64,000 nt of DNA from assembly GCA_045810105.1 (NCBI GenBank), contig JBJMWM010000026.1, positions 27,808 through 91,807 of the forward strand. Direction: 5' to 3'. The translations under genes and the position numbers were made by a program. This DNA comes from Steroidobacteraceae bacterium. Lineage in GTDB: Bacteria > Pseudomonadota > Gammaproteobacteria > Steroidobacterales > Steroidobacteraceae. Shown here piece after piece: positions 24,691-33,195 of the stretch. Numbering within the stretch: the first letter of the stretch is position 1; every line of letters starts with the position of its first letter. The notes beneath the pieces are model-generated. The model made no database searches. It was not told where the DNA came from and saw nothing but the letters and a program-made list of their open reading frames with translations.

Positions 24691-27201
24691 TCATTGCTGC
24701 GGATCGGACGCGGTAAATGGTGAGCAGCAGGGCGTGCCAATGGCATGCAACTCCATGATCTCGGCGCGCGTCCCGTCCGGATCGAGCAGGTTGAGCTGCC
24801 ACTTGGCGTCGCGGCCGATTTTGGGCGTGTTCGACTGACCGGTGAGGCGATCCTCGTTCCACAGCAGTGTGTAGGCGGTTTGCGCGTTGGGCACTCCCAG
24901 CGAAAAATGGTCGAGCACGCCCAGATCGGCGCGGGTCATCGTCGGGGGAATGCCGCGGCCGTCCGGTGTACCCACGATCATGTACTCGAGCCAGTCCGTG
25001 CCATCCGGCACCTGCTGGGAGATCCAGCTTGGCGTATCGTTCGTCATGCCGCCGAACCAATAGGGCCTGAAGCCCAGCAGCGCGCGGAAGAAGCTATCCT
25101 CCAGCGCACGGTTGTGCACGATGAACCCGACATGGATGATGTGGTTGGATAGTGAGTTGGCCGGCACGTCCGCTGTTTTCGCCGGTGGCTGCACGAATTC
25201 GATCTTGTTGCCTTCGGGGTCGATGACAGCGAACCAGCGGCTGCCATCGCTGCCCTGTTGCACCTTTGCGGGCACGGTGACTTTCCGGGCCGCCAGGTAG
25301 TTGCGAAGTGCCTGCGCATCTGGCGTGGTGAAGGCCACATGGTCCAGCCGGTTGATGGAAGTGGGTCCGGACGGTGTTGGCAGCACTTCGACGAATTGGG
25401 TCGCCGCGAAGTGATAGCGCACGCCGTTGGGGCTTTCCGGATCGTCACGCTTGATCCCGCCGAGGTCGTGAACATAGAAGCGCTCCGTCCTGGGAGGGTC
25501 CGTCGTATACACGGCAATGTGAGAGATTCCGGTGATCGGTGGGCGCGCGGAAACGGCTGCGGCGCGCGCACCGGCCTTAGGCGCGCCGCTCGCACTGCGC
25601 GGCCTCCCCCGATCTTGTTCGATACCCGCTGTCGCATCATCCGAGGCCGCGGGTAACATCTGATAGCTCACAAACGCCAGGTGAGTGGCGTCGCCCCAAC
25701 TGTACATTGAAAGGCTTCCCCGATTACCCCGGAAGCTGGCGATCGTCCGAATCAATCCATCCGCGGCACCGATGACCTTGAGAGACGTAGAGCCGATATC
25801 GGGACCGTCTGTGGTTGTGTGTCCGGCCGGCTCGCTGAGGAAGGCGACGGCTTTGCCGTCGGGTGACACATGCGGCGATGAGTTGAGATTGTCATCATCT
25901 GTAATCTGCTCCGCAGCTGAGCCATCCGGTTGCATGCGCCAGATCTGCAGTCCTCCAGAGCGCCAGGAATCGAAATAGATGAACCTGCCGTCTGGAGAAT
26001 AGTCGGGCCCGTCATTGCGGGTGTCGTTTGTCAGGCGAGTTTCGGCTCCGCCTTCCACGGGAATGGTGAAGATGTCCGCCTTGCCTGCACTGCCACGCGT
26101 GAATGCAATGGTCCGGCTGTCCGGTGCCCAGGCATGGAAATAACTGGACGTCGCACCGTTCGTCACCTTGCGCGGTGTGCCGCCACCCGCCGCAGGCAAA
26201 ACATAGACGTCGTGCAGGCCACCCGGCGCCCGGGCGCAACTCACCGCCAGCAGTTTGCCATCGGGTGACAGGCCAAAGTTTCCCGAGCAACCGATCAGCC
26301 CGCCCGTGTCTATCAGCTGCGGCGTACCCCCGGCCGGCGGGTCGAGATAGGGAATCTTCTGAATATGGCCGCCTTCATGCACATAGATGCTCTTGCCGTC
26401 CGGCGCCCAGTTCGCAGACTGCACATACGCTTTGACCGAGCGGACGACCATGGCGCGGCGGAATTGGTCGTTGATCGAAATCGTCTGCACGGTGCTGTAC
26501 AGAGAGGGTTGCAAAGTCTTCGCAGCGGCTGGCAGAGGCTCCAGGCTGACCCCGGAAAACTCAACCACATCGGTCGTCTTTGCATCGTGAGAGACGGCGC
26601 CCAGGCCAATGTAGAACGGCTCCTTGAGATGCAGTGTGACCGAGGCGCCGACGTGTTGTAGGGGCTCACCCTTGCGCGACAGAAACAGTGTGAAACTATC
26701 ACCGTGCTTTTCGATGCGGATCGTCCTGGGCGCATCGATGTTCAGCTCGACGTCCTCCGAGTTGGCGCCGCGCTCGCGACGAAACTGCAGTGCAGTGAGG
26801 CCCGAGCCATGCCAGGCGGCGCCGACGTACTCGGCGCCCGCATCGAGTGTCTGGCGAAACATCAGGATGCCCTTGCGATGCGGGTCAGGATCGTGATTAT
26901 AGGTATGCGCCGGGAAGGCAACGCTGGCCGTCAACACCATATCGCCGGACGCCTTCTTCCACAGGTAGTGGAAGTTGTCTACGTGATACCAGGTATTGGC
27001 GCCCGCCGCCGTGAGAGTGTAGACACCCGTCGCAGCACTGAAATTGGCTGTGCCGGCAGGAGTGACGCTACCAACATCGCTCTGCTCTTCGAACAGCCCC
27101 AACGAGCTCGCTCGCTCCCCGGCCTGCAGCCAGGCCCAGGCCGCGAGGCCCAGCATCAACAACCCCGCCGAGACCATCCGTCCTTTCGAATACGCCCGCA
27201 T
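24691..27201 (-). CDS. secreted multidomain protein: N-terminal jelly-roll-like domain, TolB-like PD40 beta-propeller, two C-terminal VOC/glyoxalase domains
   Basis: Signal peptide present. Repeated PD40 motifs (SPDGKLLAVS, APDSRTIAFT, SPDGRFIYFDS, SPDGKAVAFLS). VOC-like ISHIAVYTTD...FYVHDLGG, LDHVAFTTPD and IIHVGFIVHN segments. Confidence 0.75.
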   Translation of the reverse strand: MRAYSKGRMVSAGLLMLGLAAWAWLQAGERASSLGLFEEQSDVGSVTPAGTANFSAATGVYTLTAAGANTWYHVDNFHYLWKKASGDMVLTASVAFPAHTYNHDPDPHRKGILMFRQTLDAGAEYVGAAWHGSGLTALQFRRERGANSEDVELNIDAPRTIRIEKHGDSFTLFLSRKGEPLQHVGASVTLHLKEPFYIGLGAVSHDAKTTDVVEFSGVSLEPLPAAAKTLQPSLYSTVQTISINDQFRRAMVVRSVKAYVQSANWAPDGKSIYVHEGGHIQKIPYLDPPAGGTPQLIDTGGLIGCSGNFGLSPDGKLLAVSCARAPGGLHDVYVLPAAGGGTPRKVTNGATSSYFHAWAPDSRTIAFTRGSAGKADIFTIPVEGGAETRLTNDTRNDGPDYSPDGRFIYFDSWRSGGLQIWRMQPDGSAAEQITDDDNLNSSPHVSPDGKAVAFLSEPAGHTTTDGPDIGSTSLKVIGAADGLIRTIASFRGNRGSLSMYSWGDATHLAFVSYQMLPAASDDATAGIEQDRGRPRSASGAPKAGARAAAVSARPPITGISHIAVYTTDPPRTERFYVHDLGGIKRDDPESPNGVRYHFAATQFVEVLPTPSGPTSINRLDHVAFTTPDAQALRNYLAARKVTVPAKVQQGSDGSRWFAVIDPEGNKIEFVQPPAKTADVPANSLSNHIIHVGFIVHNRALEDSFFRALLGFRPYWFGGMTNDTPSWISQQVPDGTDWLEYMIVGTPDGRGIPPTMTRADLGVLDHFSLGVPNAQTAYTLLWNEDRLTGQSNTPKIGRDAKWQLNLLDPDGTRAEIMELHAIGTPCCSPFTASDPQQ

Positions 27202-27260
27202 TGTGCCCCCTCCAGCTTCTTGGTCCGACTAACTTCCCTTGATGTAGCGGCTCGCGAATG

Positions 27261-29390
27261 TCAGAACTGTCGGCCAGTTGGGTCCGGCGAGACGACAGAC
27301 AACTCGAAAGGTCCGGCCGGTAATCCCGAACTGTCGAACAACGTGCAGACCGGGCTATCGCCCCAGCAATACCGAACCCGCGCCGGCGGCGCGCCGCCGT
27401 CCGGAACTGACAGCAAAACCCGCGAGCCCTCGACCTGTGCCTCGGCGAATTGGCAGCGGCCTTGCAAGTCCCCGCACAGCTCAAAGCCAATAGGGCTTGC
27501 GTGGCTGTAGCTGACCAGGCCCTGCTCGACGCCAGCGAACTCGACGGCTATCCCGTCAGCGCTGCGGGTTGCACTGACCGCGGCGGGTCCGGATGGCGAG
27601 ACTGGCTCACCAAAGACTACATGCCGTGCCGCCTGGGCCAGGCGCTTGCCGACGTCCTGCTTGTTGGTTGGATGCAGGTTGTGGGGATCGCCCACATCGA
27701 TGGTGACCGCGAGTCCCGCATGAGGATCATTCGCGACAGCCAGCCGCTCGGCTTCGCGCACGTCGGCCCAGCCCGACTCAGCAGGCGTAATCGACGGTGG
27801 CCCGAAATTCGGCAGCTGCACAATCAGAAACGGCAGATCCGCGCCGAACTGGCGGCGCCAATCGGCCATCAGGCCCTCGAGCAGCGAGCGATAGGTCTGC
27901 GCTTCGCTGGTGTTGGATTCGCCCTGATACCACAGTACGCCACGCAGGCCGTACGAGCCGAGCGGCGCAACCATTCCGTTGTAGATCGTGCTCAGACCAC
28001 CCACGGATTCCCACGGAGTCCGCGGCGAACTGCCGATCGTCGAAGGCACGATCCGGTATTGCCAGAGGCCGTTCAACGGGATCGACCCTCCTCCCGTCAA
28101 GTGCAACGCCCGCTTGCCGCCATCTCCCAGTAATCCCCCCGGTCCCCAGGTAGTAAGTACATTGATTACCAGAACGTTGTCGCCGGCATGTAGCAGACCA
28201 GGCGGGACGGCATACGTGCGCTCGCTTTCGTACCCGAAGGTGTTGCCTAGCGCGTGGCCGTTAACCCACGTCTCATCGACCTGATTGATCGCACCTAATG
28301 ACAACGTGGCAGCTGACTTGGCCTGCGCGGCGGTCAGGCTGATGCGGGTCCGATACCACACGAGACCGGTGAAACTCTCGAGCTCGGCCACGCCCCAGTG
28401 GCGCCAATCACCGAGCCCCGCAGGCGCCGTCCGCCACTCACCTGCCGCTCCCGCCGGCCGCGTGCTCCACGGTTCAGCACCGCGGCGATCGTGCGATTTG
28501 TCGCGCCACCACTGCTCCCACTGCTGCGCAAACCCACTCTGGGCTGCGGCTGGGTCGCGTGCATACAAATTCAGCAGGTCCAACGCTGAGTCATAACCTC
28601 CATGTGCCCGCAGCGCCGGTGCGCTCATGAACGGACGGATGTTCGCGCCACCCCATGCGGATTGTACGAGGCCGATTGGAACCTGAGCGCGCTGGGTCGC
28701 CTGCAGCGCGCGGGCAAAGAAGAAGCACACAGCCGACCAGTCGGCTACGGTTTCGGGCGCCGCGATCTTCCACGTCACGGGTTTGCGGAACGTCGGCAAT
28801 GACGTTGGACTGGTGTCGTGAGCGACACTGAGGAGACGAATTGTGTTGTTGGCCGCGCCTCGGATCTCGGCATCCGAGTCACCGGAGCGCAGCACCGACA
28901 TCTCCATGTTCGATTGGCCCGAACACAGGAATACATCGCCCAGCAAAACATCGCTCGCGGACTGCCGCCTTCCGGAACTGTCCTGGGCCGCGAGCACGAA
29001 GGGTCCGCCAGCTTCCATGGCCGGCAAGACCGCGTGCCAGTGTCCGGCAGCGTCAGCTGGTGCGTGCGCGGAGGAAATGGCCTGCCCGGTCGGCGTGGCT
29101 TGCAGCGAAAGCGTCACCATTTCACCGGCGGTAGCTTCGCCCCACACGGCTATCGGCTTGTCGCGCTGCAACACTGCATGATCCCGAAACAGCTCATCAA
29201 GAAGGGCTGGCGGCGCGGTCACAACGGCCTGTGCAACTGACACGGAAGTGCGCACCACGGCGCCGACGAGCGCGGCCAACAAAACAAGCCCCCCGTACCA
29301 TCCGGCCGGTTTGCCCGCAAGTCGCCAGTGGGGCTTGGCAAACCGCCGCAACCGCCACCGCCGGTCAGTCAAGAGCCACTCTGTTTGCAT
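27261..29390 (-). CDS. SASA-family (sialate O-acetylesterase-like) carbohydrate esterase
   Basis: The SGNH-like block FLCSGQSNME is typical of the SASA/DUF303 family. An N-terminal signal anchor is present. Start is ATG 29390; TTG 29411 is an alternative. Confidence 0.8.
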   Translation of the reverse strand: MQTEWLLTDRRWRLRRFAKPHWRLAGKPAGWYGGLVLLAALVGAVVRTSVSVAQAVVTAPPALLDELFRDHAVLQRDKPIAVWGEATAGEMVTLSLQATPTGQAISSAHAPADAAGHWHAVLPAMEAGGPFVLAAQDSSGRRQSASDVLLGDVFLCSGQSNMEMSVLRSGDSDAEIRGAANNTIRLLSVAHDTSPTSLPTFRKPVTWKIAAPETVADWSAVCFFFARALQATQRAQVPIGLVQSAWGGANIRPFMSAPALRAHGGYDSALDLLNLYARDPAAAQSGFAQQWEQWWRDKSHDRRGAEPWSTRPAGAAGEWRTAPAGLGDWRHWGVAELESFTGLVWYRTRISLTAAQAKSAATLSLGAINQVDETWVNGHALGNTFGYESERTYAVPPGLLHAGDNVLVINVLTTWGPGGLLGDGGKRALHLTGGGSIPLNGLWQYRIVPSTIGSSPRTPWESVGGLSTIYNGMVAPLGSYGLRGVLWYQGESNTSEAQTYRSLLEGLMADWRRQFGADLPFLIVQLPNFGPPSITPAESGWADVREAERLAVANDPHAGLAVTIDVGDPHNLHPTNKQDVGKRLAQAARHVVFGEPVSPSGPAAVSATRSADGIAVEFAGVEQGLVSYSHASPIGFELCGDLQGRCQFAEAQVEGSRVLLSVPDGGAPPARVRYCWGDSPVCTLFDSSGLPAGPFELSVVSPDPTGRQF

Positions 29391-29432
29391 CTTCCAGGTC
29401 CGGTGTTGCAAGGCCCGTCTTAGGCGATGTAG

Positions 29433-29462
29433 TTGCCACGCGAGCGGCAGTATGCATATACT
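29433..29462 (+). promoter_or_regulatory. candidate sigma-70 promoter P1 (TTGCCA-18 bp-TATACT)
   Basis: Hexamers lie at 29433-29438 and 29457-29462. A near-identical module recurs about 493 bp downstream (P2). Confidence 0.45.
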
Positions 29463-29473
29463 CGAAGCACAAA

Positions 29474-29485
29474 GGTAGCGCTACC
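29474..29485. promoter_or_regulatory. LacI-family-type operator O1 (GGTAGCGCTACC)
   Basis: Perfect 12-bp palindrome with a central CG, extended as AAAGGTAGCGCTACCATTT. It lies 12 bp downstream of the P1 -10 and about 90 bp upstream of the divergent esterase start. Confidence 0.6.
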
Positions 29486-29799
29486 ATTTGGACCCGACGC
29501 GGTATCATCCGCTGCATTATCGGGGTTCGTCCAGCTTGTTGGTCAGCGATGGCCAGTTTTGGGGGACGTTTGAAGGGGGATCTAACATTTTGTTCCGGCA
29601 GGCATTTGCCCTACGCGCGCTGCAGGCAGCGGCACGCGGATCCGGCCGGTGCCTTCCCGAACCACACCTCGCTCAGCGGCTTCGCCGTCACCGGAGCACG
29701 CAGGTGGACTTCAATTCCGGCTATGACATCAACAGCCATTTCGGTAGGCGCTTACCCTCGGCGTCGACGCGAAGTTGTAGCCTGCGGAAGTCCCGTGCA

Positions 29800-29833
29800 G
29801 GGCCGCCCCCATTGCGTGGCGGCCCTTTTTTAT
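29800..29833 (+). terminator. rho-independent terminator with no upstream plus-strand gene
   Basis: GGGCCGCC-(10 nt loop)-GGCGGCCC followed by TTTTTTAT. The orientation only works on the plus strand. Confidence 0.7.
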
Positions 29834-29925
29834 CAACCACCGTCCCGTGCGTCGCACCGGCTTGCTCCCCACGTCCATGGGGCAGCCGCAGATGTTGCAA
29901 TCGCGCCGCAAAGCCGCAATTGCAG

Positions 29926-29955
29926 TTGCTACGGGGTTGGACGTGTGCATATACT
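29926..29955 (+). promoter_or_regulatory. candidate sigma-70 promoter P2 (TTGCTA-18 bp-TATACT) for the TonB-dependent receptor operon
   Basis: Hexamers lie at 29926-29931 and 29950-29955. The module is homologous to P1 over about 57 bp, including the operator. Confidence 0.45.
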
Positions 29956-29967
29956 CGGGCCCACCAA

Positions 29968-29981
29968 GATAGCGCTACCAT
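29968..29981. promoter_or_regulatory. LacI-family-type operator O2 (GATAGCGCTACCAT)
   Basis: It shares the TAGCGCTACCAT core with O1 and sits at the same spacing from the -10 hexamer. Confidence 0.55.
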
Positions 29982-30030
29982 TACCGCAGGGGGACTTCCC
30001 TTGCCAGCATGAGGGCGCTATCTTCCGTGT

Positions 30031-30046
30031 ATGACAGCGCTGACAT
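30031..30046. promoter_or_regulatory. possible additional LacI-type site (ATGACAGCGCTGACAT)
   Basis: 14 of 16 positions are palindromic around a central CAGCGCTG. It lies in the receptor leader. Confidence 0.3.
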
Positions 30047-30202
30047 CCGGGGCGCTGCGGGTCGGGCTCGGGCGCGATGCCTTAGCGAGCGGGAGACGAT
30101 AGTGAGGGGGTTAAACGTTTTCTTCAGTAGTGGACCGTACCCGTCACGGGAGCGGACCTGCTGTTGCTTGTTTGCAACATTCTACGGTTGGGGGGATTTC
30201 GA

Positions 30203-33193
30203 ATGAGCCGAAAAACACGGCGAAATGCGTTCCGTAAGGCAGCCAGGACTTCATGTGCGACGGCCGACAAGGCCACCTACGCCAAGTTAGGTCTTTCAGG
30301 CTTCACGTTGAGCTCCATGGCCATCGGCAGCACGGTGTTTGCCGCGGACGCGGCGGACGTTCCAGCCGCAACTACCGCCAAATCATCCGAGCCGCAGGAA
30401 CTGCAGGAAGTGGTGGTCACGGGTATCCGGGCCTCCCTGCAGCGCTCGCTCGACATCAAACAGAAGGCGATCGGCGTCGTGGACGCGGTCTCGGCCGAGG
30501 ACATCGGTCAGTTCCCCGATGCCTCGATCGGTGAAGCCCTGTCGCGTATCCCCGGTGTCACGGTGAACCGCGGCTCCATCAACCAGATGGCCGGCGCCGG
30601 TGCACCCACAGCCACGGGCGCCACGACCGGAATTACCGTGCGCGGCTTCGGTACGCAGTTCAACGAAATCCTGACCGAGGGCCGGCAAGTCGCCTCGGGC
30701 AACGGACAGAACTTCGACTTCTCGGCGTTGGGCGCCGAATACGTCGGTGAGCTCGACATTCACAAGACTCCCGACTACAGCCTCTCCGCTGGCGCGGTCG
30801 GCGCGACGATCAACATCAAGTCGCCGAAGCCTTTCGATAAGCCCGGGATGCAGGCGCGCGCCTTCGCGGCCGCCAACGACAGTCAAAAGGATGGTGGCGT
30901 CAAGCCCGCCTTCGGTGCTCTGTTCAGCGATACCTTCTTCGACGATACGTTCGGTATCCTGGTCGCCGGCGACTATACGAAAAAAGAGGTCGTCGGCCAC
31001 CATTTCGATATCGTGGGTTGGAAAGGAGCGTACCTGGATCCCTGCCAGATGCTTGGCGGGCCGCAACCTTGCCAAAAGGACGCCAAGGGCAACTATATTA
31101 CGAAGCCCAACTCCTTCCCGAGCTGGTATATCCAGGACGAGGCCATGTACCTCGAGCGTACCGAGTCGACGCGCCGGGACGGGCGGGTGGCTCTGCAGTG
31201 GCGCCCCTCGGACACTGTCCTGATCACTTTCGACGACAACTATTCGTCTGACAGCCAGGTGACCCACCGCTGGCAGTACAGCACTTGGTTCGGATGCTTC
31301 CCGTCCAACTGCATGAACGTCCAGCAGGACTCCAACGGCACGATCACTGACTTCACCAACGCCAATGCGCCGACGGACTTCAACGCCAACATCGACCGGA
31401 CTTACATCACAACCAACACTCCAGGGCTCAATGTGGTCTGGGACGTCAATGACCACTTGACCGGGTTGCTGGATGTCAGTCAGTCCACGGCTCACTTGAA
31501 TCCGCGCCACACATGGTCGGCGTTCGATATCGACGTCGGCTACGGTAACGGTACGAACAACTATACCGGCGGCGTCCACGTCACCGGCGACCCCAAGACG
31601 CTGCCCTATTGGACCGCGTACGGCCCCAACACGGTCGCGGGGACCGCAAATGCCTACTCGCCGAACGTCCTCGGGCAGAACCCCTATATCATCGGCTCGC
31701 ACGTGGTTCCGATAGGGGTCCAGTACAACACCGACAAGATCAATCAGATCAAGCTCGAGGGGACCTGGCACACCGCAGACACAACGGTGAGTTTCGGAGC
31801 CCACATCCTCCAGGACGTCTGGGACTCGAGCAGCGGGAACACATTGACCAACGGCGAATGGCAGCTGTGGTCGGGATACGGACCGGCCTCGGGCAACGAC
31901 GCTGGCGTCGCCCTGCCGCAGAAGTTATTCACGCCCATATCGCTCCCGAACTTCATTCCCGGCTTCAACGGCGGCAAGCTGCCGCCCGGGGTGAACCTGT
32001 ACAACCCGTTCGACGTGCTCAACTATCTGATCACTCAACCCATCAATCCGAAATACGCACCGAACAAGGGTTATCCAAACTATGCGGGCGGCTACCCGGT
32101 GGTACCGCAGGCCCCTGGCAATGTGCAACACGTGGATCGCAAGAACTACGCCCCATTCATCACCGCGGACCACACCTTCCCCCTCGGGGACATGAGCTTC
32201 AACGCCAGAGTTGGCTTCCGGTATCAGAAGACGAACGTATACATCGCGGGGCTGACGCAGCCGCTGGTCAGCCTGACAGTGCCACAGGGTGACCTCACGG
32301 CCTATAATTTCAATCTTGGCGATGCTGTTCCCGTCTCGGCCAAGAACTCCTATGGCTATTTCCTGCCGTCTCTGGATCTCAATCTCCTGGTCCGGCCGAA
32401 CCTGAAAGTGCGACTCGATTACTCGCGCACCGAGAGTCCGCCAAACAACCAGCAGCTCATCCCGACACTCAATTACGGTGGGCGCGTGAGCGCACTCACA
32501 GCGCAGGGCAACGACCCATACCTGCTGCCCTATCTGTCGCAAAACTTCGACCTGGGTGCCGAGTGGTACTACGCTTCGAACGACTACGTATCTGTAGACG
32601 GCTTCTTCAAGCATGTCACTCAGTTCCCAGTCTCGACCGTGACACCCATCAGTGTGCCGGGCGTACTCGACAAGGACGGTAATCTGGCGGTCTTCCAGGA
32701 GAGCACCATTACCAACGGTGGATCCGCCAACGTGACAGGCGTAGAGTTGACCTGGCAGCAGATGTTGCCGTACGGTTTCGGATTCCAGGTGAACGGAACC
32801 TATGTACACAGCAACGCCAGTTTCGACCCCTACAAGCTGCAGGCCAACCAGTTCGCCGTCCCGGGAATCGGCCACTCGGCGAACCTCATCGCCTTCTATC
32901 AGAACTACGGGTTCCAGGCGCGTCTGGCGCTGCAGTGGCAGGGCGAGCAGCTGCTGCAGATCGGTCAGGAGCAGAACGGCGGCACGTTCCCGAACGAGCC
33001 CACGTACCTGAAGGCCAACACCGAGTTGGATTTCAGCACTCAGTACGACATCAGTGAGCACTTCAACGTGTTCTTCGAGGCAATCAACCTTACGGATAAC
33101 GTGTACCACACCCGTGGCCGCTTCGATAACCAGACGCTGAACGTGGTGGACTATGGCCGCTCGTTCACGATAGGAGCTCGCGCTAAGTTCTAA
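30203..33193 (+). CDS. TonB-dependent receptor (carbohydrate-scavenging type)
   Basis: Signal peptide, then QEVVVTGIRASLQRSLDIKQKAIGVVDAVSAEDIGQFPDASIGEALSRIPGV (plug/TonB-box region). The C-terminal barrel ends ...IGARAKF. ATG 30203 has a G-rich Shine-Dalgarno. Confidence 0.9.
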   Translation: MSRKTRRNAFRKAARTSCATADKATYAKLGLSGFTLSSMAIGSTVFAADAADVPAATTAKSSEPQELQEVVVTGIRASLQRSLDIKQKAIGVVDAVSAEDIGQFPDASIGEALSRIPGVTVNRGSINQMAGAGAPTATGATTGITVRGFGTQFNEILTEGRQVASGNGQNFDFSALGAEYVGELDIHKTPDYSLSAGAVGATINIKSPKPFDKPGMQARAFAAANDSQKDGGVKPAFGALFSDTFFDDTFGILVAGDYTKKEVVGHHFDIVGWKGAYLDPCQMLGGPQPCQKDAKGNYITKPNSFPSWYIQDEAMYLERTESTRRDGRVALQWRPSDTVLITFDDNYSSDSQVTHRWQYSTWFGCFPSNCMNVQQDSNGTITDFTNANAPTDFNANIDRTYITTNTPGLNVVWDVNDHLTGLLDVSQSTAHLNPRHTWSAFDIDVGYGNGTNNYTGGVHVTGDPKTLPYWTAYGPNTVAGTANAYSPNVLGQNPYIIGSHVVPIGVQYNTDKINQIKLEGTWHTADTTVSFGAHILQDVWDSSSGNTLTNGEWQLWSGYGPASGNDAGVALPQKLFTPISLPNFIPGFNGGKLPPGVNLYNPFDVLNYLITQPINPKYAPNKGYPNYAGGYPVVPQAPGNVQHVDRKNYAPFITADHTFPLGDMSFNARVGFRYQKTNVYIAGLTQPLVSLTVPQGDLTAYNFNLGDAVPVSAKNSYGYFLPSLDLNLLVRPNLKVRLDYSRTESPPNNQQLIPTLNYGGRVSALTAQGNDPYLLPYLSQNFDLGAEWYYASNDYVSVDGFFKHVTQFPVSTVTPISVPGVLDKDGNLAVFQESTITNGGSANVTGVELTWQQMLPYGFGFQVNGTYVHSNASFDPYKLQANQFAVPGIGHSANLIAFYQNYGFQARLALQWQGEQLLQIGQEQNGGTFPNEPTYLKANTELDFSTQYDISEHFNVFFEAINLTDNVYHTRGRFDNQTLNVVDYGRSFTIGARAKF

Positions 33194-33195
33194 AC

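Noticed and set aside
29231-30034. Plus-strand ORFs of 267 aa and 174 aa in the esterase/receptor intergenic region
   Set aside because: Both read straight through a strong intrinsic terminator and both promoter-operator modules. Their third-position GC is only moderate compared with neighbouring genes, and they show no motifs. I treat the region as non-coding.
30383-33109. Large minus-strand ORFs (473 aa and 394 aa) inside the TonB-dependent receptor gene
   Set aside because: They are antisense to a receptor with clear plug and barrel motifs. The translations are Val/Arg/Gly-rich with no recognisable domain.
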